A stretch of DNA of 63,152 nucleotides, the filler included, from Dirinaria sp. TL-2023a (Eukaryota): assembly GCA_051941275.1 (NCBI GenBank). It is 20 parts of 20 records of this genome, joined end to end, with 100 filler letters (N's around TTAATTAATTAA, not from the genome) between each part and the next. Parts side by side here need not be neighbours in the genome. Positions count along the whole stretch, not along the records: positions 44,469 to 47,508 come from JAVEBF010002131.1; positions 47,609 to 50,646 come from JAVEBF010002132.1; positions 50,747 to 53,780 come from JAVEBF010002133.1; positions 53,881 to 56,913 come from JAVEBF010002134.1; positions 57,014 to 60,033 come from JAVEBF010002135.1; positions 60,134 to 63,152 come from JAVEBF010002136.1; 14 more parts are not named here. One strand, given 5' to 3'. Numbering within the stretch: the first letter of the stretch is position 1; each line of letters opens with the position of its first letter. The notes below the pieces were generated by a model, which did no database searches, was not told the DNA's origin, and worked only from the letters and a program-made list of their open reading frames with translations. A program made the position numbers and the translations under genes. Positions 47,320 to 60,528 of this stretch are shown piece by piece.

Positions 47320-48312
47320 GCCGGAGAATGGATCCTTATCTGCCTTATCTCTCCTTGTCTCAGGTTACAAAGTGTGTGTTGGCAGAATCGGGGACTTTTT
47401 TTTTTCGTCTGAACTGTGTGTTGATGGTGATTATTATTGGGGACGATCAAAGAAGGGGGGGTTGGAGGGTCTGAGGACTACTGTACATACTACTGGATAC
47501 CAAGAGAGNNNNNNNNNNNNNNNNNNNNNNNNNNNNNNNNNNNNNNNNNNNNTTAATTAATTAANNNNNNNNNNNNNNNNNNNNNNNNNNNNNNNNNNNN
47601 NNNNNNNNTCGCTGGTGTACGCTGCAGACATGGTGGCTCGGATGGTTGAATGGAGTCGCGATGCCAAGAGATATGATAGTCGCGGAACGAGAGAGCCTCG
47701 GATACGAGTACACTTACCGAGGGACTTTTAAGCCCACGCTAGTTAGCCGTCTAACGAGCGACAAGCGCTTGCCCGGGAATCAATCCTGGGAAAAGATTTA
47801 GAAAAACTACCTTAATTTCCAATAATTGAGGGGGGGCAAAATCCATGAAAAGGAAGTGAACCAGTGGGAATGATATATCATCGTAGAGATTGATGTGTCG
47901 AGTGAAGGAAGTACCCTAGGCTGAACTGGCTGGAATGTGCGAGATAATGGACTACCTTCCCATTGCTCTTAAGTTACAGTACTCCTTTCGCCCCTGGACC
48001 GCTCGTAAAGAATCCCATACGCCTACCTTACATGGTACTTTCAATGTAGGTACATGTACCTTACCCAGGCTACTACGTCTACCCTCCGAAATACCTGCCT
48101 TGCCACATGCCAAGCCAGGAAATCCCCCTCTCTGTTACTCAAATAAGGTAAGGTTCTGTGTCTTGTCACCGGTATTGCTCGCGTCTCTTTTTTTTTTTTC
48201 CTTCCCCGAATCTTCTCTCACCAATAGCAGGCAAAATTCCTAAGTGTGTGGGGAAATAACATTCCCCTTTTTCTCTTTCAGAACTCTTACAAAAACTTTT
48301 GCTTCGAGACAA

Positions 48313-50401
48313 ATGGCGATGTTGGACATACTGTCTCCGCTATTTCTCTCAGCTGTCAGTACTATCTGCATAGGTCCATGTGTCTATGTAAGTTTGGTGT
48401 ATTCCCGCAAACAGAAATTCGAGGAAATTAATAACTTTCGTACACATGCACAGGGTCTCATAAGTTGTATCACGACGATCGTCGACAATTTATACTTTCA
48501 TCCGCTGGCCAAATTCCCTGGTAATGATCAGCCAAAGAGCTCACAATGCATGTTCGAGGGATTTTTTCCTGATCGAAAGTTTTTAGGACCCGTGCGGAGG
48601 GCTGCGTTCCATTTCTGGGACTGCCGATCCATGTTGACCGGCAATGCTCATACGAACACCGAAAAGCTCCACGAGGAATATGGACCGGTTGTGCGAATCA
48701 TGCCGGATGCCTTGTCTTTCAATACCGCTCAAGCATGGAAAGGTATTCCCGTAGCGAGCCATAAGCAGGGGTCGCACTTCTAAGTACAGGATAGACATCT
48801 ACGGAACCAGAGCGGGCAAAGGACAGTTAGACAAATATCCGATTATCTTTCAGCGAGGCGAGGCGGCGAATATCACCAGTATGACATTCCTCCCAACTAA
48901 AGAATTAGGGTCGGCATACGTTGCTAACTACCACAGGTGCAAACCAGGCCGATCATGCTCGCATCCGAAAGTTGCTATCCCACGCATTCTCCGAGACTGC
49001 TTTACGAGAGCAAGAGCCGATCTTCAACACCTATTTCAACCTTTTGGTTTCGAAGTTACAGGATGAGATAGACGGACCAGCTGCTGGGAAGGTTGATATA
49101 ATGTCATGGTACAATTTTACCACCTTCGATATCATCGCGTCAGTAAACTTACTGCAAGCCGAATGCTCACTCGCGGAAGAAACCTGACCGAAATTGCAGA
49201 GATCTGGCTCTTGGAGAATCCTTTCACGCGCTTGAAGGTGGTGAATACCATATCTGGATGAAGTATATGCTGTCTTGGTTATTTGCTATGGTATACACTA
49301 ACTGTTCAAGGAACATGTTCCAGTCGGTCAAGTTCCTGGGAATCATGCGATTTGCTGCAACCTACCCAATAATCGATCGAATCTTCAAGTTCTTGGTGTC
49401 GTCCATCCCCTGCATGGCCGACAAAAGGAAATCTCACTTCGAGTATACTAGGCAGAAGACAGAAAGTCGCCTAGATCGTCAGACGGACCGCAGAGATTTC
49501 ACGAGCTATGTAGGCCAGATAGATATCTCTGTACGAGCTGATGCTCCTGCTGACTCCATCTGCAGATTCTCCGTTACAACGATGAGCGTGATATGACGCG
49601 TGAAGAAATCATCAGCAACGCTGGCACTCTGCTTATCGCCGGTTCTGAAACAACCGCAACGCTGTTGAGCGGAGCAACCTTTCATCTTCTCGCAAACCCC
49701 TCGACTCTGGAAAAGGTGCAAGCTGAGGTTCGAGGCGCTTTCGAGAACGGAAAAGAGATCACTCTTCTCTCTGTTGGAACCCCGGGGCGGCTTCCATACA
49801 TGGAGGCTGTCTTGACAGAGTCTCTGCGTGTTTATCCACCGATCCCAGCATCACTGCCACGCGTTACGGGACTGGGTGGTGAGATGATCGACGGAAACTT
49901 TGTACCGCCGAATGTGCATTGCCTAGATACCCAGCAGTTAACTCTTCATTGCTGACTCATTGACAGACCTCCGTAGGCGTGCACCAGTGGGCGACCTACC
50001 GCTCCAGCTCCAACTTCACCGACTCGCAGTCCTTCCTACCAGAACGATGGCTGGCAGATGCACCGGAGCGCTACAGCCACGACAGCAAAGCCGCTTTGCA
50101 GCCATTCTCCATGGGACCTCGGAATTGCCTAGGGCGAAAGTAAGTCACCTTTCCGAGCGCTGGACTTCTCCCACACCCACCCCCCCCCCTCACCCCGGAA
50201 TGTCGCTAGGTCTGCATCGCTTACACAAGAGTCTCTCTGATCCCTAGCCTTGCCAATTTTGAAATGCGGTCGATATTGGCTCGCGTACTTTGGCACTTCG
50301 ACATTACGCTGTGTGAGCAGAGCCGCGATTGGGCGAAGCACAAGGCGTATCTGTTGTGGGATAAACCACCTTTGTGGGTGGAGCTGAAGCGTCGCACATG
50401 A
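48313..50401 (+). CDS. Cytochrome P450 monooxygenase (CYP65/Tri11-like; many introns)
   Basis: YFHPLAKFPG, I-helix AGSETTAT, ExxR (ESLR), PERW and heme motif FSMGPRNCLG. Confidence 0.95.
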
Positions 50402-51522
50402 AGATGGGAGGACATGTGACGGATGTCCGAGCTGGTACTTGTTCGTGACCTGTATGACAGGCTTGTTCAGCTTCTTGCTCGGGGTTTGGAAACGACTGTG
50501 GGGATAAAACAAGGACTATTGCGCTCATCATGCTTATATCAATGGATTTGACGAGACAATCGATGTTTCTGCTATCTCTATCTGAAAGTTTGCCGCTCGC
50601 ATTATTCTCTGAATGCCTTTGAAATTGGCCGCCGCTAGGAACACACNNNNNNNNNNNNNNNNNNNNNNNNNNNNNNNNNNNNNNNNNNNNTTAATTAATT
50701 AANNNNNNNNNNNNNNNNNNNNNNNNNNNNNNNNNNNNNNNNNNNNGAGAGAATGAACACGGTAGAAAGACGAACATTATTGGTGCCGTTGGCAAGGCAC
50801 GGGAATGATGATTCTGAGCCATGAGGGCCAAGTTCGGCTGATTCGGGAGCTCAGGGGATAGGGACGGGCCGCTAGTTATCCCGATCAAGGTGCCATGAAA
50901 ACAGAAATATCATACGCACGAATCGGAAATTAATGCTCGAAGCTATAGCAAGCAGAGGGTGCGGGTCATGCGAATATGGGTTGATGCTGTGCAGTTTCAC
51001 GGCGGGTTTCGATCTCGCTTAAGCTGGTCTGTATGTGGGTCACTAGCGAGCACTTTCCGTCAGCCACGTGAGATGCTACCGTATCTGCACATTTCGTGAA
51101 GATCAGAGGCTCGACTCACCGGATGCAACTCAGTGCTAATCCACTCTTGCATCGATTCGCTAAGTGCATAAAGGTATTCGATGGGACCTACCTTGTGTTC
51201 ACAAAGCCGCTCTCAGAAAGATCTTGTGACAGCACCGGATTAGGAATGGAAGATAAGTCTGTGAAAAGTTTCGTCGCCCTGCAGATGTGCTTCGGCAGCA
51301 CTAGGTCGACTGCAACCTTTTCGTCAAAGGGTGTGAGAGATGCGGCGTAGACGTGGGCCGCGGCGAGCCTTCCGCTGCCTTATGCCGCCTCAGAACCCAC
51401 GATTACTTTTCTCAGCTCCAGGCATCAATTTGTTCAATGCATTATCGCAGCTCCGTTCTAGTCTTATTGTTCAGCTTGCACAATCATCTCCACTTTGTAC
51501 ACGACAGTGTCTTTAAGAAACG

Positions 51523-52900
51523 ATGAATCATCAGCCCACGGAAGATCGTGGGCCTATGTTCCTGAGAGCTAATTGGGTCGGTGTGAGCTTCGGACTTCTC
51601 TTCGTTGGTGCCAGAATCTTCGCTCGTCTCAGAATCTTGCGACATCTGAGCTTGGACGACTATCTCATGTTTTTCTCTTTGGTTCGTGGTCGAAATTATC
51701 TATGGGAATCAACGCCATGATTAATCATCTTTTCAGACTTTCGGAATCGTGAATACATCCCTAAACACTGCAGCAGTCAATACGGGGCTTGGAAAGCATG
51801 TCGAGGCTTTGCGCCCCGATCAATTGTTTAAAGCCTTCAGATATCAATATATAAACCAGCCAATTGCATACCTCGCTCTTATGTTTGGCAGGATATCATT
51901 TGCCGTCTCATTGACCGTCCTAGCTGGCACCAGCAGAGCAAGACGGTGGCTTTTGAATACTCTAATAATCGGTCAATTAGTCATTAATTTGATCTGGATC
52001 GGGCTTTGGCTGGGACAATGCAATCCAACTGGGAAGTTTTGGAATCCAGGGTTGCCTGGGACATGCATGGATCCGAGAATCGAGATCGATTTTGGATACG
52101 TTACTCTATGTGAGTAGTTGCTTGTCATGCCACCTGGAAAAATGACACTAAGACATTGACAAGCCTTCAACATATTCACGGATCTTGTTCTTGCATTGAT
52201 GCCATCTTTTGTGATATCAAACCTCAACATGCGCCTGAAAACAAAAGTGGGACTCATTTTTTTGATGAGCCTAGGAATACTGTGAATTTCCAGTGCCTCC
52301 CCAAGGCTGGCTCTTGCTAAATGGATGAATTAGTAACATGATAGCTGCCGTCGTTACATTGGTTGAGATAGCACGAATCGGACGCAGGCGAGACTTTACC
52401 TGTAAGCCACTCAATCCTAACAACCTGTAACGAGATCTTCGAACTCATCTTTCACTAAGACGACTTTAGTCTCGTGGACTACTGGGGCGTGTAAGTTATA
52501 AATTGAAGGTGATAATCTGGTTGGTAGTGGTGCTCACCATCACTCCAGCGTCCAAATCTACCTAGCCATTGCTGCCGCCTCGGCTCCCTTCATCCGCCCT
52601 CTCTTTCGTGGCATCGAAGCTCCTCCTCTACTTAGCTGGACCTTTTACCTCTCCATGCTGCGTAGATGCACACGAAGACCGCGTTCCTCTGACAGCCTGC
52701 GGCAAAACAAAGGAAACCAGAACTGCTCCCACTTGCCGCGCGTAAGGAGGGACCGCTTTGTCACCACAACATTAAGAGATATGCTGTTCAAGGATGAGAC
52801 AAATAATTCGGAAAAGTCAGAGAAGCTCAAACACTCAGAAGTAATTGTTATGACTACACCTGAAGAGCACGGTCTTAATCAAGACAAATTATACGTATAA
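51523..52900 (+). CDS. PTH11-like 7-TM integral membrane receptor without CFEM domain (multi-exon)
   Basis: R.FARL..L.LDDYL, GLGKH, QCNP..FWNP..GTC, TDLVLALMP..L.M..K.K, and TM7 IAAASAPFIRPLF. Confidence 0.88.
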
Positions 52901-54489
52901 CTTTAAGTATACAATCAGGAGTCGGCTTCGTCCCCAATGTTCCATAGACTTATACTGGCCTGCACACCTTCTGTAGATGTTCGAGGGAGGAAGCATCAAA
53001 CGGAAAACATCAAGTCCTATAGGATTAGCAGCACTTTTATTCGTTTTGGTTTTTTTTTTTTTTTTTTCGTTGTTGTTTTTCCCTCTCCTCCCAATCAGAT
53101 TCTTCCTACCGAACTAGATTTTTCGACGACATAGATTTCTTTGAGTCCCTACCTACGTACCATAATGGTTTCAATTTCAGTTGCTCTGTCAAATACCATT
53201 AGTTATTATTTCCCCATCAGTAATGGCAGGAGCGACTACATCAACCGCAGCTGCTTGTATTTCCCTCACACTTTCTCGCGTGATCAGGCTGTTTCATGCG
53301 TACGCAACTCCAACCATTACCAGTTAAAATGTTCTGAATGAGTAGTTCCTTTTGTAGGGGATCTATGATGGAGGTTTTCGAGGCTCGACGGATATAAGAA
53401 TCGGCTTTTGTTGAGGAGCCGAGTTCTTCAACAAAGTAACAGCGCGGAAAATGATCCTTTTCGTTTTGTCACAATCTGTAGCTTCTGGCGAGCATAGATA
53501 GAACACCGATTTGGGAGATGTTGTAGGAGATCTGTGCGCATGATGGTCACATAACATGAGCTAGAGTAACATCAGCGGCATTCAGGATTGATTCTTTGAA
53601 AGGCGCTCATCCGCACGCTTTGCTTTTTTTTCTTCTTCTTCATACTCAGAGTTTTTGCACCTTCTCTATTCCTGTTGGGCTTGCTTGAAGTGGATATCTG
53701 TTTTCTTATCTATGCATTTCGTAGATTTTCTCTCTCTGCAGTAAAATCTTCCAGTGAATAAGAAGATTGAGCCCATAAAANNNNNNNNNNNNNNNNNNNN
53801 NNNNNNNNNNNNNNNNNNNNNNNNTTAATTAATTAANNNNNNNNNNNNNNNNNNNNNNNNNNNNNNNNNNNNNNNNNNNNAATTTATTCCCTCCTGCAGG
53901 GGCAGGAAGAGTTTAATATTAAGTTGATATATCTTAGGGTACGATTATACATTCTATGCCTTTGCTTTGTTTATAGTAAAGAAAAAATCGAACAGCGTAG
54001 CTGATAAATGATTGTCGGACAAAAACAAAACGAAGACATATACAGCAATAATCACCCACCAATTGTGGGGCCCCCTTTTGGTGCAACTTGCTGTCTGATA
54101 ATGATGTTCTACTTCCTTGACTGGATCAGTGGCTGTTAATGTAATATACTTTGCCTTAACTGATGGATTTCATGTTTCGTGATAGAGTCCTTTCTTTGGG
54201 TGGTTTTGGTGGTGGAAAATGGAAGGAGGGAGGAGAAGAGCGGGGTATTTTCTTGTGAGGTTTGGGAGGTGTATTGTGTGATGTTTAGACATTGTGTTAG
54301 GTACCTAGCAGAAGGAGATGGAGATGTTTAGATGACACGAAAGTCCTTTTTTTTCTCTCTCCGGTGCCTGCCTAATTACTGAAGCGATAGCCTTTTCAAT
54401 GCAGTCTGAATCTCCAGAAAACGCAATTTGTTTCCTACGCGCTTTTTCTTCTACCTACAAAAGACAAGAGAGCTTTGAAAGAGTCCCGA

Positions 54490-56068
54490 TCAGTCCGCGA
54501 ACGGGGCATACAAGATCGCCGGCTCATCGTACTTGAACACGACGTAATGCGACTGGAAGAACATCGCGCCCACATTATGCGCGCCGCTGCCCACGAGCAC
54601 GCCATCGCAATACCCGGCTGATTTTTATGCGTTAGTAAAAAATCATTTACAAACTTCGGGCAAGGATGAAGAGGTGGGAGGGGAGTAATTACGGTCATTA
54701 TAAGTAGGGTTACCCTTGAGTATGCTTCCGGGATACGACGCCGTGCTGTTCCCGAGGTATAATTTCAGATCGGGAAGCGCGGCGTCGCATTTCACGGAGA
54801 AGGTGGTGTTGGAGGTCTATTTATTTTTTTTATTGTTAGATGGTTGATTGATTTCAGGGGCCGGGGGAGTAGGAGGAGGCTCACCTTATGGCTGTCGACT
54901 TGAGCATAGTACTCTTCCGCCACTGGGAGGTCTACAGTAACTTCACCCGATCCTCCGGTGTCTATTATATGATACATTAACGAAATGGATGTAAATATTC
55001 CGGAATCCGAAGATCCTACCGAATATCATGGACTGCGTGTGGTTGATAGCCACGCCATTGACCTCGAAAGCGATGTTGTCTACAGTCCAGAACCCGGTAG
55101 AATTGTTGACGGGCACGTGGCCGAGATTACCAGCTGCTTTTGAACGATCGATCTTCCCGATTTCGATCGTGGGTGTTCTGGCTCCGGCTTTGATGTTGAA
55201 ATCGACGGTGAACACATCCTCGGTGGGTGTTTGTTTTTCGATCTCGAGCCAATACATTAATGTTGCCATTTTCCATGGAGTAGCTGGTGAGTGGCCCCAG
55301 GTTATCAGTCTCTGAAGATAGTGCTCGAGGGTGCTTTTAAGTATGTTAGCTCTTACCTGAGTTCAGCTCACGAAAGCCTAAGCCTAAGATTCCGTCCATG
55401 CCTGCCCAGTCTTTGATATTCTTGCCAACTGAAGTGGCAACTCCTACACCCATTGGGGTAGTGGCAGCGCCGACGTCTACATTCTAGTCATGCTTCAGCA
55501 TTTCCTTCCCTCATCCACGTTCTAATCCACTCGATGTGCAGACTTACAGGCTCTTGCACAATGTAACCTTGCACCCTCGAATCTGGAAATGAATAGGAGA
55601 TGTCAAAGGTTTCGTTGACTGGCGTTGCGCCTCGGTAAGCAGTATAAGTCAATCTTGAAGCGCCTGGGCTTTTGGTCCAATCATAGAGTGAACGGTTGCC
55701 GGGGTTCTGAACTTCAGGGCTGAAGACCCATCTAAGGAATAGCTGTCAGCTTTCTCTGGCTGCAAAAGGGAAACCCCACAATATTTAATGTTTCGTTGTG
55801 GGGATAGGAGGATAAGGCTGACTCACAAGTCAGAGGAACCAGTATCTACCAAGAGGTTCAGCTTTTGCCCGCCAATAATGACCTGCGTTGTCCAAGAGGC
55901 ACCTATTAATTGAACGACAGCTGCTCTGTCGTATCTTGGCTCCAGAGAGCTTGATACATATTCGGATGATGTGGTAAGTTCGTCAAGAGGAAGTGAGAGC
56001 GCCTTTTGAGCATTCAGAATTGCAAAGAGCTGCAACCCCCCGGGAAGAATAGAATTGAGACGCATCAT
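54490..56068 (-). CDS. Secreted aspartic protease (A1), divergent; multi-exon
   Basis: Signal peptide; VDTGSSDL|W; DGILGLG; GFW; second site F|DTGGS split by an intron; GAMFFQSHYVVF near the C-terminus. Confidence 0.88.
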
Positions 56069-57748
56069 GCCGAAATCTTATACACAGACATAAGGTGCAA
56101 AGAGAGAAGAACGGGAGCTGTAGACGCAAGCTTTGAATTATCTATGGATTTATCTGCATTGAGCGCAAAGCGCATATGTTATTAGATGGTACACTGAAAA
56201 CACCATTGCGTTGAAACAGCCCAACGGCCAGGCTAAAGCGCTTATAATAAGCAGCCAAGGTAGATTGAAAAGATGGGATTCAAGATAAAAGAGGGACTCG
56301 GGATAGAATTGATAATTCCGCCACGTGGATCTCTGTATGCAGGTACGCGGCATTATTGAAAATAGGAACGGGTCGGGAAACACGCATCGGAAGGTTTTCA
56401 TCTTTCGCTTAGCCTGCTAGCCTGCTAGCTCTGCCTAGTCTGCGACTTGGATCTGCTTGTGTCGTATGTTGCTTCATAATACGAGCATCTAGGTAGCGAT
56501 AAGGAAAGCATTCCATAGTCGATTTACATAGTCTGGTGGTTCGACTGAGAGTAAAATCTGCCCGTGACGACCCGGCCACCAGCTGTCAGAAAAAGAGTTA
56601 ACAAAAAAGCTCGGTCAGATCAGGAAGCAGCCGTAGATCGAGGTCAATGCTAAGGTGAACAAATGTAGCAATTGATTTTAGTGTTGCGCCAGCGACCGTC
56701 GGCTACTCAAAGTGTCTTCTTTCCTTAAATCCAATTGTTCCATTCTTTTAAAGGTTTCAAGCACAAACCCATGTTCTGGTGGTAGTTTCAGGACACTGTG
56801 AAATCATCAGGAAAACATCTCAACGACTTAGTGATGGACTAGTCCAACAACGAATCATCGTTGAAGCTGTATTAATCGTCCTCTCGGGGCCCAAATTGGT
56901 GGGTGCGTGCCGTNNNNNNNNNNNNNNNNNNNNNNNNNNNNNNNNNNNNNNNNNNNNTTAATTAATTAANNNNNNNNNNNNNNNNNNNNNNNNNNNNNNN
57001 NNNNNNNNNNNNNATATATCTCCACCCACCACTCACCACTCTAACCCAAACCCTTCCTTCCTTCCTTCCTCTTCAAAAAAAGCAAAAGATTCTCATCATC
57101 TCCCCTTCCCTTCCCTTGCCTCTCTTCATCATACCACCACCATCACTATAACCCCTTCACTCTTTCGAACTCTCCCCCCCTTTCTCCCCTAAAAAATTAA
57201 ATTCCCGCCTTAAAGAAAGCACTTAACGACTGATTTTTTTTTTTTTGTAAAAAGAAATGAAACTCTTCTTGTAGAGGGAGGAAAGGCAGGTGGTTTGAAC
57301 TTTTATTTTTTGATCTCGACGTGAGTAAGTGCTGCGGCGCCACGCTTGGGAGAATGAGAGAGGGAAAAGGTTTCCTTGGGAGGAAATGCATGTCAGATAT
57401 TCGAGGAATTGAAAAGGTGGGGACTGTGTAGATATTAAATTTTAGGGGAGGAAAGTTAAGGATTCTTGGATGAAGCGTACTAGTAGAGCACAGAAGAAGC
57501 AAGATTGGAAAAGAAGTAGGTGGTGGTTGTAGTGTGTGTATATGACCAAATAAATCTGGAGCTGCCCTTATTGAGTTCGTGGTTTTTTCATTCTAAGGTA
57601 ACCCCCGTATCCCATACCATAAAAACCCTTTCCTGGGTTCCCATATGTGTTACATGAAATGTCATGTAAATATCCAGATCGCTCCTCGCTTCGCTCGATG
57701 CCTCCAGGATATTTATATTACAGAACAAAACTCCCGTACCCCTCTCTG

Positions 57749-59217
57749 TCAACGCCTGCCTCTTGCGCCGCCCCCTTCGTCTCTGTCAATAGGCGTCGGT
57801 GGCACGCTGTTCGCTGGCGTGGTACCTGTGACCTCGATGGCGGGCACGTGGCGCAGCGGCGGTAGCTGTGGACCACGACCCCTTTCCGTAGCCGGAGATG
57901 TGTACGGAGGTGCTTCTTCCCCGCTGCTATCGAAACTGTGATGCCTTTCGTCGTCGTATGCGGGAGGCCTGTCGGCTGGAGAGGAGGGCTGGCGATCCAG
58001 CTGGGGCGACGTCGAGTGTTCGTTTGAGCTAGGAGTCATGACTGCTGGATCACTGCCACTGCTTCGCTCCTCGTTCGTCGATGTTTGCGGCGTATCCCGG
58101 GTCTCAGATTCTCCGCTCAACGCCGAGTTCGCGGATATGTCGCGCTCGGTCTGGGGTAGAGGAGGGAAGTTGGTTGTCTGGAACAGGCCGCTACCGCGCC
58201 GTGAAGACGGAGCTGATCGGTCGTGTCCGCCGAAGCTTGCTGCGGAGTCGAGCAAAGGCCGATGATCCGACTCAACGCTGTCGGCTCGGATCCTACTGCC
58301 ATCGTGTCGGGCCAGACCCAGTGAGGCATAGCTTACGCTGCTAACACGGCGCTCGCGGCTTGCAGTTCGGGCTTGATGTTCTGCAATGAGCGCGCTGGCA
58401 CTCACGGCGTCGCCGGCCAGACTAGCGGCGCTGCTGCCAGCGCTGTCTGCACGAGCTCTAGCTCTTGCTTGACTTTGCAAGCGCAATTGCTCAAGACGAG
58501 CCCAGTCACCCGCCTCTCTAGCTGCAGCCCGTTCCCGCCTACGTTCTTCACGGTCGTTGATTTCGCGTCGCCGAGCCTGCCGTATTTGGTACAATGACTC
58601 CATGTCCTCCTCTCGCCTCGCTTCCTCCTCTTGGGTGGTTTCCGGATACTCCACGACTGTGTCTACACCGGCGCGCTCGCCTTCGCGAGCGATGAGCTGC
58701 TCTGACGGAAGAGGAGCGACACGGTAGGGCGGCAATGTGATCACACTTCGTACAGATGTGTGGCGATCGACACGATCTGCCGATGTAGCCATCTCATTGG
58801 CCTCGGTGGAGTGATCGGACTCTTGAATAGGAATGCTGTAAGCCGAGCTTCGGTTGTGATCCGGCCGGTCGCCAAGAGAGGTGTCTTCATTATTCCTGAA
58901 GACTCGGCCATATTTATTCTTTGAAGTCCAGGAGCGCCAAAACGATTTGAGGAAGGATGTAGGGATATATTTTGGGTCCGAGTGCTTGTAGCGGACGGCC
59001 CGCAGATAGAAGAACACGAGTCCCAGGAGGAAAAGGGTAGCAAGGACAACAATCACGATCTGTTAGCCATGTATAGTCAGCAAAAGCTTCCAGCGTGTGA
59101 TAGGAATGAGGGCAGAGAGCATACAATGAAAGCATTGACGGTGGGTTGCTTTGCATCCGTTGGAGTACTTGATGCGTCTGGAGTATTTGTTGCCCTCGCA
59201 GCAATCGGTACATGCAT
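57749..59217 (-). CDS. Conserved fungal single-pass membrane protein with PY motifs (intron about 59124-59060)
   Basis: N-terminal TM IIVIVVLATLFLLGLVFFYL; conserved DRHTSVRSVITLPPY..REGERAGVDTVVE.PET; coiled coil; PPAY and PPY motifs. Confidence 0.82.
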
Positions 59218-60528
59218 TTTGCCAGTGTTCTCCCAACGTTCGGCTCCGCAACCAAGCTGAATCACCCGAATGCTCCTCGAGTTGCTGCGATACCTTATCG
59301 GAGTGAATGTAACGAATGCGTCTGAGAGCCTCAGCAGGTCAAGTAGATGAGGCTATTGATCTCTTGGGGCATTGCGCCAAATGATCGTCATCTGGAGGGC
59401 ATCTTCACTGTCGATTTTCTTCAGTCTTCGTCCTCAAGTGAGTCAGATTTGGAGTCTAGAGGGCGTCGTTGAATTTAGGGATCGTCAGCCCTGGCTCGAT
59501 TCACGCTAAGAGTATCGATGATGAAGGACCCGTTATCAGCGAGTAGATGCGGAGACTCGAGCAGGGTAACTGAGATAGCAAAGATAAGATTGGAAGTACG
59601 GGAGAAACGAGCGACAGGATTTCTGGCGAAGGAATAGTCTCTGTATTCATGGACCTGGAGTGTTTTAGGAGCTGAAGAATAGTAAGTAAGATACCTTGGT
59701 ACCATTGGAAGAGGAAGATAAACTGGTTTCCGGATGGCGCTTGACTTGGCGCCAACCTACAACGCGAGAACGCCAAGCTAAAGTACGAGTGCGCAAGTAC
59801 GAGTACGCCAAGAGCCTTACGGCGGTATAAAAGTCCGGGATGCATAGGATGGGAATGCGGGCCGCCTAGTCCGCTTCCACTTTTAGAATCCTGGGGCGGC
59901 ATTTTGCATATTGCAAAAACTATTGCAAGATCCCCTGCATGCACAGGCGCAATATCAGGTATTATGTATTTCATCTCAATAGTATTCAATTGACTGACTT
60001 GGGACCTTACTTATTTGAAAGACTTTTTGGTGGNNNNNNNNNNNNNNNNNNNNNNNNNNNNNNNNNNNNNNNNNNNNTTAATTAATTAANNNNNNNNNNN
60101 NNNNNNNNNNNNNNNNNNNNNNNNNNNNNNNNNGGGGGAGGGAAGTTGAAGAGATCGAGAGGAGGGGGACGGAGGGGAGACGTACCCTTGCTTTTCGGGC
60201 AGGGCCGCCGCAGATGCTTCAGATTCAGGCATTGTGATTGTGCGGTTCTTGATTGTGGGAAGGTGGAGTGGTTGTTGGGTGATGGGATAGACAGGTTGTG
60301 GTGAGGTGAGGTCAAGCTATCAACGCTGTGCTTTGGTCTCTGGAGCTAGGATGATGACTAAGCATCGGTTCAAGAAAACCTTCAGGGCCAATCACACACT
60401 TACATAGCTCCCTTAAGGTATCTCCGCTCATTTACAGTTCAAGGGAGCGTTGTACACTGCGAGCTCTCTGCAATTGCTGTACACATGTGCGGTGCGACTG
60501 AGCCGCCTCGTATCAGGTGTCCTGCTGT

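Noticed and set aside
29940..52900. NRPS-like enzyme + methyltransferase + P450 + PTH11 as a biosynthetic gene cluster
   Set aside because: The genes lie on different contigs joined artificially, and ERG6 is primary metabolism.
3110..60133. Recurrent TTAATTAATTAA motif and ORFs ending in X...LIN
   Set aside because: Artificial linker, not a biological repeat or CRISPR array.
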